From the IMG/VR virus record IMGVR_UViG_3300030207_002206, positions 1 to 29,082 of that record: a DNA stretch of 29,082 bases; one strand, written 5' to 3'. The DNA is from a virus (lineage: Duplodnaviria > Caudoviricetes). The notes beneath the pieces are model-generated. The model searched no databases. It was not told where the DNA came from and saw nothing but the letters and a program-made list of their open reading frames with translations. Both the position numbers and the translations under genes were made by a program. Of the stretch, positions 15,078 through 25,254 are shown one piece after another (the stretch's first letter is position 1; each line of letters starts with the position of its first letter).

Positions 15078-17227
15078 TATCTTCTACCATCTAGTTGATA
15101 ATCTATTCTAAATGTTCCTAATTTCCAAAACTGACTTGTGCTAGTATTTTCTACTTTTAGTGATATTTCTCTAGCTCTAGCACGTGTGTCTATTTTAGTT
15201 GAACTGCTGTTAATTGTAAACGGTCCTAAAGAAGAACTTGCTTTTGTTTGGTTTGGAAAGTCTTTTAAATTAAGTGTAACTCTTGCATCACCTGTTTGTG
15301 ACAAAAAGTCTGGTATTACTCTTCTTATTTTCATCATAAACTCACCATCACCAGATAAACCTTGTTGGCCAATATCAAAACTACCAGATTCTATATTTGC
15401 TGTAATCGCAGTTGTTTGACCTAGTTTAACTTGATTTAAACCTGTTTCATGTTCATAATAAGTTGATGCACCATCTGTGTTACCATGAACATAGTTAACA
15501 TCCGTGTCTGCTGTTTCTGCACTTGAATCATATTCTGTTGCATGTGGTTTACCAAATATGGCAGAATCTTCCCATGCTGTTCTTGCTAGTGTGCCTGTAG
15601 TCCACACTGGTCGTTCAGAACTTGAGTCTAGATAATTATATGCTACCATTCTATTTACAACACCGGAACCTGAGTTTGGATAAAACCACATTACTTCACC
15701 AAACAAATTATTTAATCCTGCATTAATGTGTTGTTTAGGTGTAGTATTAATATCATCAAAAACATGATCTTCAACTAAACATGGTAATGATTCTAATCTA
15801 CCAGCGTATCTAAAGAAACCATTTTCTGACATCCAGTATGCCGTACCATCAACCTCAATGGCTGCGTTCTGTCCAATCAATCCACAGTTTGTACCAACTT
15901 GTTGGAAAGAAAAAGTAAATGGTGGACCAACAAATCTCATGGTAAACAATGCAGTATCAGTCCAAATATAAATTGCATCACGACCTCTGATTGCTCCAAC
16001 TAATTTAGATCCGTCAGCTAGTCTTTGTGTACCCGCAGTGTTAGTTGCACTTGGTGCATATGTGTTGATATCTTCTTGATCCGAAAATCTTATAAACATA
16101 GGGTCTTGTGTAGATTTAGTTCCAATTGTTGTTTCTGTTCCAAAAAATATTAAGTGACGATCTGGAGTAGATACTAAACTAAACGCCGAAGCAGTTGGTG
16201 CATTTTGAATAATAGTTGCCCTTGTGTTGTTTGCTCCTGTAGGATTAGAGTCCCATTCAAAACTTTCACCACCATTTATAGTTGCAATTAATTTATTACC
16301 TAAATTATCTAAAGACCAAAGTCCTGGTGCAGTTACAATATCTCCTGATGCTGCAGCGTTCCATGCAAAAAAGTTTGATGCATCTGTTACTGTTGCACCT
16401 GATGAGTGTGTGGCTGCTGTTGTACCCGATGCTCCTCTTGTTAGACCAGATAAGGTTCCACTATTATCATTAGCTGTGTAAGTGATTAACTCATTATCTA
16501 TTAAGACTGTTCCTGATGATGGAAATGAAGATGAGCTGGCCATCGTTAAACTTGTTACGCTTGTATTTATTGATGATGATAATGTAGATGTAAACTGACC
16601 TGCTTGTTGCCCGCCCCATGATCCAAGACTCCAACCTGTGGATGCAACCTCAACTGCAGGTCCAACAGGGTAGTAATGTTTAACTCTTATACCACCGGAT
16701 GTAGATGCACCCGATCCTGACTCGTTAGAGTCCATTTCTATCGTAAGTGTGGTGTCCGTTGGTATTGATGTTACCATGAATTTGTTGTCATCAAAATCAG
16801 TGGATGTAAAACCAGAATTTGTTATAGCAGTAAAATTGTCTAATAATATTATATCAAATTTATTTATATTGTGTGCTGACGAAAAAGTTAAAGTTACAGT
16901 CTTTGAACCATTGGTTGTACTAAACGCACTTGTTAAAGTAGTCGTAGATTTAATAGGATGTATGTCGTAAAATATACCACCAGAGTATGCATATAAAATT
17001 CTGTTTGTTCCTAGAATAGCATATTTGATACCTGATGTATTTACAAAGTGATGAATAGCTGTTGCTCTACCTGTTATTTGAACAGATCCTAATTGTGACC
17101 AACCACCTATTTTTTCAGGTGTGCCATATCTAAAACGAACATTATCACCATCAACCCATTGGCTTTCACCACCTGTTGACGTAACTTGTTTATTAAATCC
17201 TGGTGCAAATTTTACTTTTTGTAACAT
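15077..17227 (-). CDS. Tail nozzle / DNA stabilisation protein (P22 gp10 / T7 gp12-like) with inserted S/T-rich domains
   Basis: 716 aa, beta-rich, with WVDGDNVRFRYGTPEKIGGW, FIRFSDQED, NCGLIGQNA and YWMSENGFF. Preceded by SD GAGG and located upstream of the ejection genes. Confidence 0.7.
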   Translation of the reverse strand: MLQKVKFAPGFNKQVTSTGGESQWVDGDNVRFRYGTPEKIGGWSQLGSVQITGRATAIHHFVNTSGIKYAILGTNRILYAYSGGIFYDIHPIKSTTTLTSAFSTTNGSKTVTLTFSSAHNINKFDIILLDNFTAITNSGFTSTDFDDNKFMVTSIPTDTTLTIEMDSNESGSGASTSGGIRVKHYYPVGPAVEVASTGWSLGSWGGQQAGQFTSTLSSSINTSVTSLTMASSSSFPSSGTVLIDNELITYTANDNSGTLSGLTRGASGTTAATHSSGATVTDASNFFAWNAAASGDIVTAPGLWSLDNLGNKLIATINGGESFEWDSNPTGANNTRATIIQNAPTASAFSLVSTPDRHLIFFGTETTIGTKSTQDPMFIRFSDQEDINTYAPSATNTAGTQRLADGSKLVGAIRGRDAIYIWTDTALFTMRFVGPPFTFSFQQVGTNCGLIGQNAAIEVDGTAYWMSENGFFRYAGRLESLPCLVEDHVFDDINTTPKQHINAGLNNLFGEVMWFYPNSGSGVVNRMVAYNYLDSSSERPVWTTGTLARTAWEDSAIFGKPHATEYDSSAETADTDVNYVHGNTDGASTYYEHETGLNQVKLGQTTAITANIESGSFDIGQQGLSGDGEFMMKIRRVIPDFLSQTGDARVTLNLKDFPNQTKASSSLGPFTINSSSTKIDTRARAREISLKVENTSTSQFWKLGTFRIDYQLDGRR

Positions 17228-17241
17228 ACAACCTCATTATA

Positions 17242-17889
17242 TTATGACTTCGTTATTGGTGGAAGTCCTAACATCGGCCTTTTGTCGAACCTATTTTTTT
17301 CAGCAAAAGGACCATTTACATGGTTATAATGAAGAAATACTTGAGCGCAAGTACTACCTTCTAGAGGTTCTCTCCAATGTTCTAATTCACAACCACTATA
17401 CACTAACATATCTCCTACATCAAGTAAGACTTCTGTGCCTGCTGGTGCGTTTGGTTTTATAATTCCTTTGTATTCATCTATAACTGTATCTGCTCCTGTG
17501 CCATCTATGAATATAGGCCATTTATCACCACCTAAATGTATGGTTGTAGATATTTCACAGCTTGCTCTATCTTTATGTCTTCTTAATATATCTCCTTGTT
17601 TATATATTCTAGCATAAGAATATGTAGGTATTAATTGAAGCCCTGTCTCTTGTTGCATAACAGGTAGAACCTTCATTAAAAGAGTCTCCATTACAGGATC
17701 TGCATAGTGAGAATAAGTATTCGGCACTTGTTGATCTGTCCATGTACCAAACATTCCATTATCATATGTAATATTATTTTGATACATAAATTCAACTGCA
17801 TCACGTTTAAGAAGAAAATAATTAAATATAAAATTAGCTAACTCATAGCTAACTGCGTTTTTTATAACTTGATATTTATTAAAAGCCAT
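17242..17889 (-). CDS. 2OG-Fe(II) oxygenase-like protein
   Basis: YARIYKQGDILRRHKDR (HxD), distal His in GDMLVYSGCELEHWRE, and QVFLHY. Confidence 0.8.
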   Translation of the reverse strand: MAFNKYQVIKNAVSYELANFIFNYFLLKRDAVEFMYQNNITYDNGMFGTWTDQQVPNTYSHYADPVMETLLMKVLPVMQQETGLQLIPTYSYARIYKQGDILRRHKDRASCEISTTIHLGGDKWPIFIDGTGADTVIDEYKGIIKPNAPAGTEVLLDVGDMLVYSGCELEHWREPLEGSTCAQVFLHYNHVNGPFAEKNRFDKRPMLGLPPITKS

Positions 17890-18457
17890 CTTGTATAAAA
17901 TTAAAACTTACTGATATTCTTATATCATTTGATTGGTTAGGTTCAACACAATGCCATAGCCATGCAGGAAACATGATTATTCTACCTGGTATGGGATCTA
18001 TATGTGCCTCTCTCCATAAATGCTTTGGTGGTTGACCTTTTACTCTTGTAGGCATCATTGTCTGTATACCTGGTCTTGGATCGTTTAGAATTAATTGGCC
18101 TGCACCTGTTTGAGACTTTACATAATACACACCACTAAATAAACAATTAGGATGTATATGAGGCCTGTTATATCCACCAGGATAATTTATGTTTGCCCAC
18201 ATATTACCTAACATAGGTTTTCTATCTAACCATTCTTCTTTGTATACTTCATGTTGCATCTCATATAATGCATCAACTAAAGGTTTGAATTGTGGAAAGG
18301 TGTGCATATTAGTTTGACTGTGCCAGCCATTCATATTTGTTTTTTTAACACCAGGATCTTGTTGTGACCAGTTTATGATATCATCAGATAATGTTTTATT
18401 ATCTAGTTGTATATCTTTACCATATATAGTGGTTGGAAAAAATTGTTCTTTAATCAT
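17879..18457 (-). CDS. 2OG-Fe(II) oxygenase, TIGR02466-like
   Basis: WANINYPGGYNRPHIHP (HxH), SGVYYV, FPAWLWHCVEPN, RISVSFN. Confidence 0.88.
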   Translation of the reverse strand: MIKEQFFPTTIYGKDIQLDNKTLSDDIINWSQQDPGVKKTNMNGWHSQTNMHTFPQFKPLVDALYEMQHEVYKEEWLDRKPMLGNMWANINYPGGYNRPHIHPNCLFSGVYYVKSQTGAGQLILNDPRPGIQTMMPTRVKGQPPKHLWREAHIDPIPGRIIMFPAWLWHCVEPNQSNDIRISVSFNFIQDGF

Positions 18458-19047
18458 CTAAATGGTTTACCTCCGAACCAAACAACAAGTGATTGTCTAA
18501 CACCTCTTGTTACAGGATTAACTCTATGATTTAAAAACGATGCAAATATAATTGCATGACCTTGTTTTAGTTTTGCAAATTTACCTGGAGCCATAAGTTC
18601 TAAATCTCCACCTTCAAACTCTGATGGGTCATTAAGTAATAATGTCATTGATATTTTTCTAACAGGTGGTTCGTGTTCCATGCTTACGTCACAATCCATA
18701 TGCCAATCATAGAACCCACCTTGTGGGTATTCCGTAAACTGTGCGTTTTCAGTTATCTGTATATCACCAAAACCAAAATGATTTTCATTTGCTTTTTGTA
18801 TAAATTTATAAAGATCATGATACATTGGTTTCATTTCTTTAAATGGAATCCATGATATTGTAGTAGTTCGTTTCTTAGTATCTACGCCTCCTCCAGGTTT
18901 GCCCATACCAACTTGTGCTTTTTGTGGTGGTTGTCTTCTGCCACATTCAATAATCTGTCTACATTGATATGGTGTAAACAATGGTGTTGTTGTTTGTACT
19001 ATCCAACTTTTCCATTTAGGTTCTGTAATTATCATATTCTCATACAT
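18454..19047 (-). CDS. Prolyl 4-hydroxylase/PKHD-type 2OG-Fe(II) oxygenase
   Basis: QFTEY..GGFYDWHMD (HxD), RKISMTLLLN, FEGGDL, HRVNPVTRGVRQSLVVW. Confidence 0.9.
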   Translation of the reverse strand: MYENMIITEPKWKSWIVQTTTPLFTPYQCRQIIECGRRQPPQKAQVGMGKPGGGVDTKKRTTTISWIPFKEMKPMYHDLYKFIQKANENHFGFGDIQITENAQFTEYPQGGFYDWHMDCDVSMEHEPPVRKISMTLLLNDPSEFEGGDLELMAPGKFAKLKQGHAIIFASFLNHRVNPVTRGVRQSLVVWFGGKPFR

Positions 19048-19703
19048 TAACTTGCTCCTCTGTTTTTAATTGGATCATATTGCACATCCATATTTGCAGC
19101 TAAAGTTCTTCTCATACCTGGGCCATTAAATGGATATACACAGTGCCTCATGTCATACGGAAAAATATAAAAATCTCTTTCTTTCATTATAGGACCATAA
19201 TCTGAAATACAAAATTGACCAGATGAGTTACCTAATATTTGTAATTGACCATTCATAGGTCTATCAGAAGCAGAGTACTCTATGCCTGTTTGTTGTGGTA
19301 ATTTTAAAATCATAACACTAGATAGTCCTGTAAATAAAGAACCTTGATGTACATGTACAGGATTGTATTCATGCTCTTTCATTTGATTAACCCAAATAGA
19401 ATTAAGATGTAGTTGATATTCTTTTATTTTATTCCAATTTAAATAGTGTCTAAACTTTGACTCAAACCAATTTAATACATTTGATGGTAGATGATTATGC
19501 TTGTGCATTTTATTATTATCTTCACCATTAAAAAACAAACTATGTTCATTTTGTATTTTACCAACTAATTGTTTATTTGCTGGTGCTAATTGTTGAAACT
19601 TAGTTTCGTATATGTGGTTAATAATATTGTATACATCAAGTGGCACTTGATATTTTAATACCGATTGACCTAAAAATATAAAACTAAAATCTGATGTGTT
19701 CAT
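19047..19703 (-). CDS. 2OG-Fe(II) oxygenase, HxH (TIGR02466-like) type
   Basis: WVNQMKEHEYNPVHVH, LSSVMIL, FPYDMRHCVYPF, RRTLAAN. Confidence 0.82.
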   Translation of the reverse strand: MNTSDFSFIFLGQSVLKYQVPLDVYNIINHIYETKFQQLAPANKQLVGKIQNEHSLFFNGEDNNKMHKHNHLPSNVLNWFESKFRHYLNWNKIKEYQLHLNSIWVNQMKEHEYNPVHVHQGSLFTGLSSVMILKLPQQTGIEYSASDRPMNGQLQILGNSSGQFCISDYGPIMKERDFYIFPYDMRHCVYPFNGPGMRRTLAANMDVQYDPIKNRGAS

Positions 19704-20538
19704 ACTTTTCTCTAATTCTTTGTGGTATCTTTTCTATATAAGGATTATAAACTTTTCTGACTGGCCCATCAAATAGTTTGTGCATATTAGATCCCACTAT
19801 AGTATCATCATATGATAATCCATTTACACACACTTGATCTAGATTATTAAATCTGTGATTAAAGTAAGGCTCGTTTAAAAATTTATATATTTTTTTAAAC
19901 TCTTGTTCTGGATTTGTAACCATGTCATCGTATTTTACAAAATGACAAATATCAGGATAGTTATAAGCATTTTTAATAGCATCTAAATCTTTAGCAACAG
20001 CGCCATCTTTATTCATTATCATACTTAGTTTTTCTTCGTCATTTTTAAGATTGTATCTATTAGGAAATGCATTTGAATTTTCAGTATACCATTGCATGTA
20101 TGATGCAAGCACATCCATTAAATCTCTAAGTATTACAATACATTTAAACGGACGTTTATAATGTTTTTTCATTAACTGTAAATTACCTACAGTCATAACA
20201 GGACCACGATCTATAATTATTCTTTGAGGCCAATCTTTATAATAAGTATCGTAGACAATATCTAAAACATTATTTAAAGATTTATGATCTGGATAATTTA
20301 AAAACACGTCAGTTTGTTTTAATAAAAACAAATCTTTCATTATTTCTAAAGTAATAGAGTTAGGAGTTGCTGCTATCTCTGGGTTTTGATTCATAATACT
20401 TGCAAACAAAGTATTACCAGATCTTGGCATAGCAACCAAAAAGAAAAGTTTTCTATTCTGGTTTTGCTCCAAGTTCGTGTGTAAGTTTATCTTTCGTTTC
20501 ATGCTGTAGTTGACCTTGTTCTTTCTTAATTCTTTCAA
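19684..20538 (-). CDS. PAPS-dependent sulfotransferase family protein
   Basis: 5'-PSB loop FLVAMPRSGNTL, 3'-PB motif ILRDLMDVLASY, and VKYDDMVTNPE. The real start is probably TTG 20472 or ATG 20502. Confidence 0.85.
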   Translation of the reverse strand: MKELRKNKVNYSMKRKINLHTNLEQNQNRKLFFLVAMPRSGNTLFASIMNQNPEIAATPNSITLEIMKDLFLLKQTDVFLNYPDHKSLNNVLDIVYDTYYKDWPQRIIIDRGPVMTVGNLQLMKKHYKRPFKCIVILRDLMDVLASYMQWYTENSNAFPNRYNLKNDEEKLSMIMNKDGAVAKDLDAIKNAYNYPDICHFVKYDDMVTNPEQEFKKIYKFLNEPYFNHRFNNLDQVCVNGLSYDDTIVGSNMHKLFDGPVRKVYNPYIEKIPQRIREKYEHIRF

Positions 20539-21136
20539 TAGATTGTAATTGACCTAATACATTAAACACTTCTGGCTGTGAAGAACCCTCAGTTAAAGTT
20601 TCTGCTTTATTTTTCATAGTTAAGTGGTATGAATGTAATTGGTGTGTATTAACATCTTTAGTATCAAAAGAACCATCGTCAAATTTCTTTTTAAACTTAG
20701 ACCATAGTTTTATTTCTCTCATCCTATCTCTTGCAACCAATTGCATAGATGCTTTGTTATATACTTTTTCATCTATATCAATTTGTAACAACTCTCTTTT
20801 TAATGGATCTTCCTCTTTTTCTAATTTTTGTTGTAGTCTTTTTATTTTAACCTCTACTCTTCTATAATCAAATGAAAGACTCATTAAATTTTCTAAAAAT
20901 ACATTTTGTTCTCTTACACACTGCCAATACTTAGCAGCTTTAGTCGGATACTTTGCATCATTTAAAACAGAAAACTGCATTTCAGTTTCAGTTCTAAACA
21001 TTTGTTTTTTAGTCCATGTGTCTCTAAGTTCTTCTGTTAAACCTTGAAATACTTTAACCTCTTCTGGATCTAGTAAATTATTTAAGTTTGGTGCTTCTTT
21101 TTCTATAAGTTCTTTAATATTTCTTTTTTCAGTCAT
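20453..21136 (-). CDS. Hypothetical helical/coiled-coil protein heading the enzyme cassette
   Basis: 227 aa, K/E/Q-rich, preceded by SD GAAAGGA. No catalytic motif recognised. Confidence 0.75.
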   Translation of the reverse strand: MTEKRNIKELIEKEAPNLNNLLDPEEVKVFQGLTEELRDTWTKKQMFRTETEMQFSVLNDAKYPTKAAKYWQCVREQNVFLENLMSLSFDYRRVEVKIKRLQQKLEKEEDPLKRELLQIDIDEKVYNKASMQLVARDRMREIKLWSKFKKKFDDGSFDTKDVNTHQLHSYHLTMKNKAETLTEGSSQPEVFNVLGQLQSIERIKKEQGQLQHETKDKLTHELGAKPE

Positions 21137-21156
21137 ATAATCCTTTCGATAAAAAC

Positions 21157-21184
21157 AATATAAATGTTAATTAATCAAAGTCAA
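21157..21184 (-). promoter_or_regulatory. Putative sigma70-type promoter for the enzyme cassette
   Basis: TTGACT(21184-21179)-16 nt-TATATT(21162-21157). The -35 box lies in the last codons of the upstream propeller gene. Confidence 0.45.
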
Positions 21185-23042
21185 TTGATTTAACAGCTCT
21201 TGCCGCTGTCGTTTCCCCTGTAAATTCCTCTGTTGCGTTACTATTTGCAGTTCCAGTATACCCACCAACTAATAATCCATCTGATGCATCACCAGCACAA
21301 TTACCACCTCTTGATGTGCTATATTTAGCACTAGTTACCCAAGTTGTTCCATCCCATAATTCAGTAGCATTGTATGTTCTAGGGCCATATGTAATACCTG
21401 CAGTTTGTGTTCCGCCACCATGATTACCACCATTAAATACAATTGGTGAAGCTGAAATATTAGTCCAACTAGAGCCATCCCAACTTTCAGTAGGATTAGA
21501 ACTTCCTCTACATGCTATTGATGCAGTCTGTGTTCCAAAGTGACCCATTGATGATCTTGCTGTATTTAAATCTGCAACTTCTGTCCATGAAGTACCATCA
21601 TACTGTTCACACTTTGCAGTGTTTGGTGGGGGCGACTCAGGATGATTAGCACCTTGATATCCACCTGCTCCAAATCCTGCAGTTTGTGTTCCACAAGTAG
21701 CCATACCTAATCTATGTGAATTCATATTTCCACCCTCTGACCATGATGTACCATTATATTCATCTGTTGAATTAGAATAACCACCGTATGGAGATGTTAT
21801 ATTATCTGGTGCACCGCCTCCTGCTATTGCTCCAGCAGTCTGAGTTCCAAAACCTGAAGTTGAACACTCTCTTGCAATTGTGGTGTTATTACCTTCAGTC
21901 CAAGATGTTCCATTATATTCTTCTGAATAATTTAAATAAGGTGGGCCAAAACCTCCTGCATACAGTCCTGCAGTTTGTGTTCCCATACATCCTGCATTTC
22001 TTCTAGCATTAACAGTGTTACCACCACTAGCAAAAGCTGCTCCAGTTGTAGCTGTTAATGATACACTAAATTCTTCTGTCGCTGCTGATTGAGTTGTAGT
22101 ATATCCACCATGTGCTAACGCTTCAGTTTGATTACTACCTGCTCTTGTACCTGCTCTTTGTGCTCTAGCAGTTCCCATATTTGGTGCAGTTGTCCAATTA
22201 GTTCCATCATATTGCTCAGTTGCATTTGTAACAGGTCCACCTCCAGGTCCAGTTTGACCTCCAAAAATTATTCCAGATGTTAAAATTCCAGCCCCAGCTA
22301 AATTTAACCTAGCAGTATTCATATTATTAACACTAGTCCAGTTTGTTCCATCGTATTCTTCAGTTGTGGCTGAAGGAGACTCACTAGGATCACCACCACC
22401 GCAAGCTACAGCAGCTGTCTGTGTTCCAAAAGAAGCTGGCGAATTACGTCTAGCATCATTTGTATTATTACCATTTGTCCAAGAAGTTCCATTGTATTCT
22501 TCTGTGTATTGACCACCCGTAGAGTCTGGTGGAGGAGAAGGATTAGGTGCATCACCTCTTGTAGCTAAACCTGCAGTTTGTGTTCCACAACCTGTTAACG
22601 CTGCTCTAGCTGTATTTAAATCACCTCCAGATGTCCAATTAGTTCCATCGTATTCTACTGTAGTAGCATGTTTTCCTGGTGGAGATATTCCACCAAATGT
22701 TGCTGCTGCTGTTTGTGTACCAATGGATGCAGCTAATTGTGCATCATATGGAGAATTAGTTGCACTAGCCCACCCTGATCCATTATATTCCTCAACCAAT
22801 CTCATATTGTCAGGAAAATTACCACCAACAGCTAAACCTGCTGTCATAGTTCCTGCACCACTTCCATTATTTCTAGCAGTTAATAAACTTCCACCACTAT
22901 GCCAAGCAGCACTAGATATAAAAGATTTTAATTTAAAATCTGTAGAATTATAAAAAATCTCACCCTCTTTTAATCTATCTCCTGAAGTATCGGAAGATAA
23001 ATACTTTATCTTTAGTCCTTTTAATTCTTGATAGGTTGACAT
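21171..23042 (-). CDS. Kelch-like beta-propeller virion protein (12 blades, two propellers)
   Basis: 12 repeats of NTAR...GTQTAG...GG...EEY(N/D)GT(S/N)W counted by eye. Confidence 0.85.
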   Translation of the reverse strand: MSTYQELKGLKIKYLSSDTSGDRLKEGEIFYNSTDFKLKSFISSAAWHSGGSLLTARNNGSGAGTMTAGLAVGGNFPDNMRLVEEYNGSGWASATNSPYDAQLAASIGTQTAAATFGGISPPGKHATTVEYDGTNWTSGGDLNTARAALTGCGTQTAGLATRGDAPNPSPPPDSTGGQYTEEYNGTSWTNGNNTNDARRNSPASFGTQTAAVACGGGDPSESPSATTEEYDGTNWTSVNNMNTARLNLAGAGILTSGIIFGGQTGPGGGPVTNATEQYDGTNWTTAPNMGTARAQRAGTRAGSNQTEALAHGGYTTTQSAATEEFSVSLTATTGAAFASGGNTVNARRNAGCMGTQTAGLYAGGFGPPYLNYSEEYNGTSWTEGNNTTIARECSTSGFGTQTAGAIAGGGAPDNITSPYGGYSNSTDEYNGTSWSEGGNMNSHRLGMATCGTQTAGFGAGGYQGANHPESPPPNTAKCEQYDGTSWTEVADLNTARSSMGHFGTQTASIACRGSSNPTESWDGSSWTNISASPIVFNGGNHGGGTQTAGITYGPRTYNATELWDGTTWVTSAKYSTSRGGNCAGDASDGLLVGGYTGTANSNATEEFTGETTAARAVKSIDFD

Positions 23043-23051
23043 TAAAATTCC

Positions 23052-23381
23052 TTATGGGATTGTTATAGCTGTTGGCTTTGCACCTAATCTTGCAATTTTT
23101 TCATTAGCAGATTCACCTTCAACATTATCATTATCCCATGCTGTCTGTGCTAAAGTAACTGCAGCAGTAACTAAAGTCTGTGCTTCAGACTTATTTTTTT
23201 CTACTCCATTTTTTTCAGCTAACCAATAAGCTCCCCTTTCATTATTTCCGATACACCAAACATCAACGTAATTAGATCCGTCATGTCCAGTATATCCTCT
23301 TAAAGAAAAGTTTAATCTATCTTGATGAGTAAAAAATCCTTTACCTGTATTTTGTGCTGTGCCGTATATAAATAGTGCCAT
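23052..23381 (-). CDS. Small hypothetical tail-associated protein
   Basis: 109 aa with a strong SD (AGGAGG), located between propeller genes. Confidence 0.75.
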   Translation of the reverse strand: MALFIYGTAQNTGKGFFTHQDRLNFSLRGYTGHDGSNYVDVWCIGNNERGAYWLAEKNGVEKNKSEAQTLVTAAVTLAQTAWDNDNVEGESANEKIARLGAKPTAITIP

Positions 23382-23397
23382 ATTAATCCTCCTTCCT

Positions 23398-23425
23398 GTT
23401 ATAACTTATTACTATCATAAATCAA
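23398..23425 (-). promoter_or_regulatory. Possible internal promoter
   Basis: TTGATT(23425-23420)-16 nt-TATAAC(23403-23398), just upstream of AGGAAGGAGG. Confidence 0.35.
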
Positions 23426-25254
23426 CTATCTGTTATTGTTTTTAAATTTAAACTTGTTGTTTCTCCAGTAAATTCTTCTGTATTATTTTTAACACCTGGA
23501 CCACCTCCTGAAACAAGTGCGGCGCTAGCTGTAGCTGCTGGACTACCAGCTACTGAATTTCTTTCTGTTGCAATACTAGGGGCTGTTACCCAACTAGTGC
23601 CATTATATTGTTGTGTAATAACATTAGCTTCTGAAGGTGCAAATACAAAAGCATCTGTTTGAGTTCCAGCTCCTCCACCTCTTTTAAATCGAAGAACCAT
23701 AGCTGGGGCTGATGAAAAACTAGAACCATCATAAGTATCTGATAAAAAACCTACAGGTGCTGGAGGTTCTCCACCACAATATATAGCTGCTGTTTGAGTT
23801 CCTATAAAACTTCCTGCGTATCTAGCAGTTCCAATTGTTCCTGGGTTAGCAGTCCAAGATGATCCGTTGTATTCTTCTGTGTAATTACCCGCAGGGCCTG
23901 GAGGTCCACCTGCACCACCTCTAATTACTGCTGCTGTTTGAGTCCCCGCAACTCCATCTAAATAAAAAATATTAGTTGTATCTGGTTGAGCTGTCCAAGA
24001 GCTGCCATCATATTCTTCTGTATCTTTAGCAGCTCCAGATGCAGAGTTAGGATTAATAACTCCACCAACTGCTAAAGCCGCTGTTTGAATTCCACAACCT
24101 TGAACACCATATCTAGATGTTCCTAAATTATTTCCTTCAGTCCATGAACTTCCATCATATTCTTCAGATAAATTTGCAACCGTAGGTTCTCCACCACCTG
24201 GAGAAACTGATCCACCAAAAGCTAAACCCGCTGTTTGTGTGCCTGCTCCACCTAGTCTGTTTCTAGCTGTTCCTAAATTACCACCTGATGCCCATGCTCC
24301 AGCTGTAACTGTGTTTGCTGTTATATTAAATTCTTCTACTGTCGATATTGCATTTCCAAAAGCTGGACTAAAACCACCAAAAATTGCACCAGCAGATTTA
24401 ATTCCAGCTGCTGATGATCCTCCTCTTGCAGTAGCCATTGATGGAGTTGTTGTCCAAGTAGAACCATTATATTGTTCTACTGTGTTTACAGCAGGGTTAG
24501 ATCCACCAAAAGCCACTGCTGATGTTTGTATACCAAATCCTCCTAAATAACGTCTTGCAGTATTTAAACTACCACTAGTTGTCCAATTAGTTCCATCGTA
24601 TTCTTCTGTTGAACTTGAATCAGGAGGGCCTCCTCCAAAAATTAATCCTGCAGTTTGTGTCCCACATCCTGCTAAATTTCTTCTAGCTGTTGAAAAATCA
24701 TTTTGTTCTGACCATGAAGTCCCATTATATTCCTCTGTTGCATCTTCAACAGTTCCAGGGCCATCTCTTCCACCCGCAGCGAGTGCAGCTGTTTGAGTGC
24801 CCATACCAGCTAAATAAGATCTTCCAGTATTTAAATTATTTTGTTCAGACCAAGAAGATCCGTTATACTCTTCAGTATCTCCTGTTACCGCTGTACTGTT
24901 TCCTCCAAAAGCTAAACCTGCTGTCTGAGTTCCACAACCTGCCAAATAACATCTTCCAGCGTTTAAATCTCCACCACTAGAAAAACCAGAACCATTATAT
25001 TCTTCTGTTTCTGCTCCTGTATTATCTTTAGGTTGACCCCCAAATGCTAATCCTGCTGTTTGAGTTCCAGCTGCTGCTAAAAATCTTTTAGCACTAATTA
25101 AAGGTGCAGCACTATGAAACGCACCAGTGGCTACGGCTGTTTTAAATTGATTGTCTGTGCTACTATAAAATATTTGCCCCTCTGCTTGTTCATTATCAAG
25201 ATCAGTCTCAAATGTTTTAATTCGTTTACCTTTAATATTTTTATAAGTTGTCAT
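23422..25254 (-). CDS. Kelch-like beta-propeller virion protein (12 blades, two propellers)
   Basis: 12 repeats of the type GTQTAGLAFGG...TEEYNGSSW, with linker ITANTVTAGAW after blade 6. Confidence 0.85.
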   Translation of the reverse strand: MTTYKNIKGKRIKTFETDLDNEQAEGQIFYSSTDNQFKTAVATGAFHSAAPLISAKRFLAAAGTQTAGLAFGGQPKDNTGAETEEYNGSGFSSGGDLNAGRCYLAGCGTQTAGLAFGGNSTAVTGDTEEYNGSSWSEQNNLNTGRSYLAGMGTQTAALAAGGRDGPGTVEDATEEYNGTSWSEQNDFSTARRNLAGCGTQTAGLIFGGGPPDSSSTEEYDGTNWTTSGSLNTARRYLGGFGIQTSAVAFGGSNPAVNTVEQYNGSTWTTTPSMATARGGSSAAGIKSAGAIFGGFSPAFGNAISTVEEFNITANTVTAGAWASGGNLGTARNRLGGAGTQTAGLAFGGSVSPGGGEPTVANLSEEYDGSSWTEGNNLGTSRYGVQGCGIQTAALAVGGVINPNSASGAAKDTEEYDGSSWTAQPDTTNIFYLDGVAGTQTAAVIRGGAGGPPGPAGNYTEEYNGSSWTANPGTIGTARYAGSFIGTQTAAIYCGGEPPAPVGFLSDTYDGSSFSSAPAMVLRFKRGGGAGTQTDAFVFAPSEANVITQQYNGTSWVTAPSIATERNSVAGSPAATASAALVSGGGPGVKNNTEEFTGETTSLNLKTITDS

